From: Azolla caroliniana | Taxonomy: Eukaryota > Plantae > Polypodiophyta | NCBI GenBank assembly: GCA_043228905.1 | Contig: JBHGNT010000011.1 | Span: 20,522,001 to 20,586,000, forward strand | Direction: 5' to 3' | DNA: 64,000 bases | Part shown: positions 55,725 to 64,000 of the stretch, in pieces | Layout: every line of letters begins with the position of its first letter | Numbering within the stretch: the stretch's first letter is position 1 | Notes under the pieces: generated by a model | Told to the model about the DNA's origin: nothing | What the model saw: the letters and a program-made list of their open reading frames with translations, nothing else | Databases searched by the model: none | Position numbers and translations under genes: made by a program

Positions 55725-58700
55725 AAATCTATCATTTGCGAGGTGAATAATCCATCACCAACGTAGGTAGGGTACCATAGCTGAAGTTGAAACTTTTTCA
55801 TTCAATTCAAATGAGGCTGCAGACGAAGTTGTGTCCACTTTATGTTCAGAGTGCTTTCATTTTAACAACGGAGCCATGAAAATATCCGCAAACACTGAAT
55901 TCTTCCATGAAGCTCAGGTTCTCATCACAACATATGAGAAGAAAACAGAGGCTGGTTTTACCGCGTCAGAGGATTACATAGCTACAATGGAAGGTTGATA
56001 TTTTCGAGGGATATGGATTTCGAAGTTGTGTAGGGGGGGGGGGGATTTTATTTAAGTGAAAGTGTTTAGTTAGTTGGGTTTAATTAAGTTAGTTGGGTTT
56101 AATTAAGATGTAAGGAACAAACACCAAGGAAGGCCTTAAGATTTCGAATATCCGCGAGCAACGCCATCGCCAGGTGTACCACATGTTAGCTTGTGTGCTC
56201 CATCATACTTTTGTGCACTACTATCATCTATGTATACGTTGGCGCTCATATGTAACGAATTTCATTGGTCTACTAGAGCATAGGATAGCCTTCCACTAAG
56301 TCACGTAGTAGCTTCGTCCATGCATTGAGTGAGCCACCTAGCCCGCCCATCCAACCACCACTAGTTTGTAGCCTTTGTATATGAGCCTCATTCCCGTCTC
56401 TTGTGGTGAGCTTGCCATCACATATTGATTGTGAGTAGGATCATCACCACTAGCGAGAAAGTCTCCAACATTATACATCATTACAATACAGCTTTTGGAA
56501 AGCACAAGCACAAGGGTGGTTGTTGCCCTTAGTCGAGGTTATTGTTATCCAAAGTTTGTACATGCCACCCTTACATATGGACTTACATGTTTGTCGCCAA
56601 TCAATGAATATACAAAAATAGACTTGTACTACATAAAAAATAAAAAGTGCATGTAAATATTGTGCCACTACTCAATTTCAAGATTGTAATTATCCCTATA
56701 TGATCTAGTCATGTTGTTGCACAAAAGATAGTTGTTATGGTTTCCTTGTATTCTGAGTAAAGTTCAAACACCACATTGCCTAACATTTTTCATCAAAATG
56801 ATTCCCTAAATACACTTATGTTGGCCTTTTAGTTTTAGGATTATGCAACAAGTATTAGGACAAATGTCTATTGCCAACTGAGATACAATCCCTTAAGGCT
56901 AAACAAGGGAATAGGCCCAACCACAAGACCTCTACAGTTCAAGAGTCAAATGAACCCTAATCAATCTTATGTTTTCAAGGGATAAGAACTAAAAACTTCA
57001 TCTTCAAACAAGTATTGATCAAGTGTGCAAATCAACCCCAAGATATGGATTCACATTGGAGAACATCCTCATTCAAAAAACAATTCCGCCCTTAAATATC
57101 TAGTTTTCAAAGACAAAACCTTAAAGGTGAGGATGTAAATAAGAATTATGTTGCAATATTTACATGACCTTAATATTTCAATTAACGTATTTGACATTAA
57201 CCTAAATGCATGGAAGAAACACTCGTTTAATATAGGAATGAACCATTGTATACAAGTAATACATTTACAGCATACTTTCAATGGGAAATACCCCATATTA
57301 GATCTCAATGGCTTATGCCCAATGGGCTTGTAATGTTAAATAAAGGATCAAGATCTCTCATGTAAAAATGCCATTTGGCGCTTCAACTTTAGAGCTACCT
57401 TACGATCCTCATTTTCTCTTCATTGCCTCCACTGTAAGACTTTTCTACATTTATCTTTCCACTCTAATTAATAGGTAAAGCCACATTTCTTTTTCAATGA
57501 TCTATTTAATTAACAAAGAAAAATTTCTTGATTTTTGTCATGCTTAGGCATACGTTAACCCTACTTAATATTAAGAAGCCTACATCTTCCATTGTTGACT
57601 GGTATTGAGAGGTAGGTGATTAAGCATTGAAAGAATGAAGTGAAATTTGCTATTAGAAGTGACACCCTCAACCCAATATAAGCACATCATGATGAATGCA
57701 AACATTGGTAGTGACCCTTGGAAATGCAAAACCACTTGTACGAGTTGTATTGTTCTTTGGGAAAAACACAAAGGGATATTCCATTTTCTTTTAAAATATT
57801 CTCCACGATGACATTCTTTAAGACATCCTTAAAGAGTTTTTTAAGGAAAAAGCATCATAATGGGAAATATTACGAATCAAACCTCAACTCAATCAAATGG
57901 CCCAAAGGAAAAGCCATTGTCATCACCAATGGTAGACCTATAGCACATTCACTCATGCAAGTAGGACACTTGCCACCAACAATCCTTACATTTGAAGGAT
58001 GATAAAATAATAATAAACTTCACTTGAAATAGAAAAGTAGAATTAGTCATTTGCAAAAGAATGGGTACCAAATTTCAGTCTTTCTAATAAAAATATATGA
58101 AAATAGAAGAGCCATTCAAAAACCAGATTTTATACAGCACACAATATGTGCATGCAGATGTATGTACGTATGTACCGACACAAGTATATCTAGATATACA
58201 TACAAGTTTGAGAAAAGTTGGGGTCGTATTAGTGTTTATCATTGCTATTGTATTTTATAGTTGTCCTATTTAATATGATTTTATCATTCTATTATGAAGT
58301 AGGCATATTTTTCTTTCTTATCAGTATATAAGAGTAAAAGCTAATATATATGGCTGCTCATTCTTTATAAATTAAGATAAGGCCAATATACCTCTACCTT
58401 GTGTAAGTTGCATCTCACCTTCATCTCATGATGCGGAACCCTATGGAACATTCAGGATTTCGGTAAGTATGGATAATAAAAAACAAGAAAATGTGTATAG
58501 CAAAATTTGCATACAAAAAACTTTTTAGTGGAGTGAAGGAATCGCCAGATGCTGAATACTATTCATAACCAAATCTGACGAATCAATCTAAATCCATGCC
58601 ACTTTTTTCTTCTTCAATCCTTCCTATTTCTTTTACTGAGTATTCAATTGCTGTTTTTTGCCGAGTACATAAATCAATCAGAAACCAAGGTTGGTCTCTC

Positions 58701-59092
58701 TTCTATAGATTATTGCTGAAGCAGAACAGATGTGAAAAATAAAAAGTACTCCCATTCAAAGAGGTCCAAAATTTACATGCCAAAAAAAAGATAATGTTTT
58801 TTCAATGAAATGTGAGGATACATAGATAGGTAAATATTTTTCTTCTACGGAGACGCATACAAAAGGCTCTAATACCAAGAGTTCCAAATATACGGAAACA
58901 GTGGAGCCCAAACCATTTTCTTGTTGTGATTACTGCCACAAGCTGTGCTGCAAGAGGATGAAGCAATTCTATCTTTTTTCTCATTGCTTCAAAAAATCAG
59001 ACTACCCACTGCCTAGAATGACCTACCATTACGTATATATGTATCCAAATTAAGGAAGTCTTGAAACTAAGATCATATGTTTGTTTATGCCT

Positions 59093-62000
59093 TCAATCAA
59101 ATTTCACAGAGGCATAAATGGTTCTCACAAACCAGAAGCATGCATAAAATCCGATTGTCCCAGTAAGGACAAAGAATGAGTATGAGATGATAACCATGTA
59201 CCCAAAATATAGTATACCTGATACCACTTTCGTGATCTCAAGCTTTGTGAAGAAGTAAAATGTAGCATATAGAAACAAGTATAGAGAAGATGATCCTGCA
59301 GTGAAATATGATCGCCACCACCAATGATAATCCTCGCTACATAGCTGAAAATAGCATAGCACAATTGCAATCTCGGCACATGTTATCAAGAGTATCAAGA
59401 AAACTATGAATAGGAAACCGAATATATAATAGAATTGGTGAAGCCAGATCGATGTCAATATGAAGAAGAGTTCGATAAAGACAGCACCGAATGGAAGAAT
59501 ACCACCAATAAGGGTAGTAAAAATCGGATGCATATACCATGCTTGAGTAGGTATCTGTCTCGGTATTTTGTTTGTCCTTACTGGATTCTCAATAGGAGGC
59601 ATTTTGAATCCAAAGTAGCTTCCAATGAATACAAGTGGCACAGATATACCAAACCACATGAAAATCAATGCAAACATGGTACTAAAGGGAACTGCGCCAG
59701 TGGATTTCTCACCCCAAATGAGACAGTTCAGAACGAAGAATACAGAGAATATAACTCCAGGAAACAAGAATGCAGTTCTGAGCGTATTCTTTTTCCATTC
59801 TGTACCTTTAAACATTTTGAAGAGGCGTGCAGATGAATAGCCAGCAAAAGTGCCCATGACCACCCATAACAATAGCATAGCTGTCATCAACCCACCACGA
59901 TTGGCAGGAGAGAGAAAACCAAGAAGTGCAAATACCATGGTTACAATGGTCATTCCAAGAAATTGAGCTCCACTTCCAACATATACACAAAGGAGACCAG
60001 GATTTGAAGGTGGTCGAAAAATATCAGCGTGCACTAGTTTCCATCCTGTTTCTTCTTGAGATTCTTCTTGGGTTTCTAGTTGATTATACCTTGCAATATC
60101 TTGATATAACGTGCGCATCATAATCATCGCAACCATCCCCGATAAAAATATAACAATCATAAGCGAGTTTATTATGGAAAACCAGTGAATTTGTTCATCA
60201 GACATCAATAAATATGTATCCCAACGAGAAGCCCATTTGACAGAACTTGACTGCGCCGAAACACAACAATTTGAGATTCATAAACATGAGATAGTTGTTG
60301 AATAGTAAATCTTTTATATACCTGGAACTTCACATCATATGTAAATATGATCTCTTCATTCTCTTTAACTTCTTGATGAGGTCGTGTTCCGTCTACAAAT
60401 GTCTTTGTATTTGGATTGCAAGTGAGGAATTGAGGTTTCTCTTTGTAAAAGGGCGACTCATACTCATGCTTAACACTGAAACATTAGCAAATAGAAATCA
60501 GTTAGATCTTCCAGTCCATGTGCTCAAGAAAAAGCATGAGTTTTAAAGATTTTAACTTGGAATTATAGCATAGAAATCATGAGAAATGTCTACAGAAATC
60601 ATAACAAGAAAAGGAACTTAAAACGGCTAAATCTGCAAAGGAGAACTAATATAATACGAGGTAGGGAAGGAGTTAAAAGACAATCCATGTAATTCACTGA
60701 GGGCATACAAGGCCAAAATCTCATACATCACAATGGTTACAATTCACTTGAAGGGTGTGCAATTGAACTAATGATGAGCAATATATTAAGAAATTACCGA
60801 AAAGAATGAAAGTACTTACACACACCCCGGAGCAACGGAGTAAAGGACAAGACAGAAAAAAAATACCATCAGTGTCCAATATCACCAAATATTACCTTCT
60901 CATAATTTGGTAGTTGAATAACAGATCCAACGAAGAGAGGTTAACCCCACCGATAGAGTCTTGACAATGTCTCAAGATGCTTTAATGAAGGGGTAGCTAG
61001 TCCCCTCAATATAGTCCAACATCGAATGCTCCCAAAACACATGTCATAGGTCATTATAGGTTTGTCCTAATTCCTAGGATAACTGATTTCCCAACTATCC
61101 TACCTGTAACTTATTAAAAATAGCTTTAAAATTGGTCCTTAAAGGTTAATGCCTATAACACTTACACAAATTCACACAATAATGCGCACACAAAGATATT
61201 CAATGTCAGTAGGTATTAGTTCATCAATATAATTATAATACAAAATCATCAAATAATTGGAGCTTCCTGAAGCAATTGCTCACAATGCATTACTTCTGGG
61301 ATCACATTACAATGCAGCCACAATTTCATTCTATTATGAGGCCCTATAACATAGATATCTACATATCATTACAATTCCCATATCACTATTTGATTCTATT
61401 TGAGGCCTTTGTGGGTCATCCACATATCATGAAAACGACATATGACACCTATATCATAGGTATCTACATATCATTATAATTCCCACATCACTATTTGATC
61501 CTATTTGAGGCCTTAGTGTCCTTTGAAGGGTTCACATTTCAAGTTTCAGACATGCCCAATAGTCACGGATGCTAGAGGGAAGTAGACGAACACAAGATTA
61601 GTCACCTTAAGTTTACTAAGGTTAGCTAGCAGGTGCCATCTGTAAGTCATTTCAGACACACACGCATCAAGCCGCAACACATACCTTCACAGAGGGACAG
61701 AATAATGTAGAAAACTGTTTGAATAGCTCCAGCATTCATGTATGAAAAAAGTAGCACCTTTCTAGATTATTGACATGAGTTCAGGCTGAAGACATGATGT
61801 CATATGGGAATGGAGTTTATACCAAATAAACAAACAGGCATCTCTTGGTTGTTAGAGCTCAATATCAAGAACTATGATTTCATTTATCAGAACATCTCTA
61901 AGGAGGGAAGATCCTGCATTCATGTTTCTCCTCAACCTTCTTTGGTAAGTTTTTCCATCAGAAAAGCCCATCAAACGTTTAACATCTTGCAATAAATATA

Positions 62001-63776
62001 GTTATCAAATATAGACCACCTTTCTGAGCCAAGTCTAATGTAGGGTGAGCAAGGAAGACCTGATCTAACTGAAGGGTTTCTCCTCAACCTTCTTTGGTTG
62101 TTAGACCATCTTTCTGGGGCAAGTCTAATGTAGGGTGAGCAAGGAAGACCTGATCTAACTGAAGCGTTTCTCCACAACCTTCTTTGGTAGTTTTTCCATC
62201 AGAAAAGCCCATCAAACGTTTAACATCTTGCAATAAATATAATTATCAAATATAGAAGAGATCAAAATTATTTATTTTTGTGCATGAGCAATAAAGGAGC
62301 CCAAAACCCCCATGATCTAACATCACATTAACTATTCCTATTCTTGAGATGCTGAAACATAGCCTTGAGCTTAAGGTTCTCTAGATGATTTAAAATATAG
62401 CTAAACAATTTAAAATTTCTTCTTGCAAAACGATATGCTGGAAATGTATTTCAGAGGCACTAGCTACACTTGGCACTGAAAAAAATAATTCAATGAACAT
62501 TCTTTCCCCGGATAAATAAATAAAGCTTGTAACACAAGAATAAAATATTAAACCTGTAAGGAGTCACTTCGAATCCTACTACTCGGGAAAACAAGTTGTC
62601 AGCATCCATATGGTATAGTACAGTAAAAGAAAGATGATTGTTGATGAGGTACTTTGATGTTCCTCCCTGTACAGAAGTTGTGACAAACATTTGATTATCA
62701 ATTCAAATCTTCTTTAAATTCCATACTGACTCTTGCTCAGCTTACCTCCACAACGTTTTTAAACCCAACTGGAAAACCATGTTCGTAAGTGTTTATGGGG
62801 TTACCATCTGGTTCATGGGTCAATACAGCCAACGGTAAGTTGTCCAAAATCCTAATAAAAACAACAGTTATATGTTGTACCAAGGCTGATACAAAGCATA
62901 GCAAAATAAAATTTCTACATACATATTCACGTGATAGTCTTCATCAATCTTCTCCATCATATTCTTTACTGTGGATATGTCTAATTTGTCAATCTTGCAA
63001 GCAAAGCTGCACAGCTTATCTTCTCTCATGTAAAACTGCAATGCCAACGTGTCAGATATAAATGTATCTGAAGTTTCATGAAAACTGATGAATCAATCGA
63101 GTGAAGCCACCTATGCCATTAATACTCTAAACAAGAAACTATTTGTCAAGCAACTGTTATTCCTTAAAAAATGTTAGTTATGTAATTTGGATTAGGGTAA
63201 TTGGATGTGTTTAAAATTTATAGTGTGTGTATCCATTACTGTAGATTATGAACAGTACGCATTCACTGAAGTCTGAAACGTCCATGGCATTCACATGGCA
63301 AGTGGAACTAGGGCCCAGATCCAAAATGCATGTTTAGATGCACAAGTGCCGGGGGTGATGATAGATATCACCATGGGATGATATAAGTTAAATTTTGAAG
63401 TGAACGTAAGTGACAAATTTTAATGTGAAATTTGATCAATTTTAAGGTGAATGAAGTAGTAAAACTTGTTAACACCTCATGCTAGCTCATGCAAGCAAAG
63501 TAGAAAACGAGCTAACATGAGACTGTTCCATCCATTTCCAGTATATCATGGAATAAATGTCTGATAGTAATCACAACTACTTTCAACATCTAATAAATAG
63601 ATTTGACTTACCGCATAAGGTGAATTCTCGATGCGATCACCCCTCAAGACCTCCCCAAGATTCTCTGCACTGTTTTCAATTACTGGGGGCGTACAATAAC
63701 CTAGAGAGTAATACTCATAAGGAAGTTGTGTCTTAGTGGATGTCAACTTGTTCACTTTTACTTTAAGCTCATCTCC
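59093..63776 (-). CDS. TMN: Transmembrane 9 superfamily protein (TM9SF/EMP70/TMN), 5'-partial; exons 63776-63612, 63035-62923, 62851-62746, 62666-62554, 60475-60322, 60250-59093
   Basis: Motifs [85 protein letters not shown] and the C-terminal KxD (VKFD*). The signal-peptide exon lies beyond 64000. Confidence 0.96.
61924..62256. repeat. Mosaic direct-repeat block in a TMN intron
   Basis: Three copies of a 23-bp motif and two copies each of two modules of about 65 bp. Confidence 0.88.
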
Positions 63777-64000
63777 CTGCAGAACAAAAAAAAACGTATT
63801 GTTTCAGATCATCTAAAACTCGCTTTCTAACCATTCCTGTAAGCACTCACAACTCCTAAGTAAAAAATTTGACTTCTTAAGTATCTTCACAGATAATTCA
63901 AAACATATGAATATGTACATGAAAAACTTTGAGGGGGAAAAAGATTCATTGCAAAAGCTAAAAGATGACCTATACCCTTGCCAAGTAAGGAGGAAGAAAC

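Noticed and set aside
56150-56192. Possible Helitron 3' hairpin (CGCGAGCAACGCCATCGC)
   Set aside because: The stem is imperfect and there is no CTRR terminus at the expected distance.
57050-58002. Coding-like decayed region, possibly a transposase
   Set aside because: No recognisable motif. It needs a database search.
61924-62256. CRISPR-like appearance (23-bp repeat x3)
   Set aside because: The 'spacers' are themselves duplicated and unequal, the context is a eukaryotic intron, and there are no cas genes.

Overview
AT-rich, spliced land-plant nuclear DNA. A fern or other seed-free lineage is inferred from the style of the PLS-PPR gene and the LINE remnants, but is not proven. I assembled six protein-coding genes by hand from GT-AG exons: a 33-exon KDM5/JARID1 (JMJ17-type) H3K4 demethylase (+), a two-exon FCS-like zinc finger (FLZ) gene (+), RBX1/ROC1 (+), a filament-like plant protein (FPP/DUF869, +), an intronless PLS-E PPR gene (-), and a TM9SF/TMN gene (-) whose 5' end lies beyond the window. 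Intergenic and intronic DNA holds two Mutator-type MITEs with perfect 9-bp TSDs, two LINE 3' fragments, microsatellites and many local duplications. Three observations stand out. (1) RBX1 intron 1 contains a diverged copy of the cullin-binding beta-strand coding sequence. It differs mostly at synonymous positions, lies in a 41-codon RING-less ORF, and is bracketed by a 30-bp inverted repeat. (2) The same intron holds a pre-miRNA-sized hairpin with a perfect 31-bp stem. (3) The PPR protein begins with about 13 copies of a 17-aa Met/His/Cys-rich repeat where a transit peptide would be expected. There are no prokaryotic features, and I recognised no tRNA, rRNA or CRISPR array.
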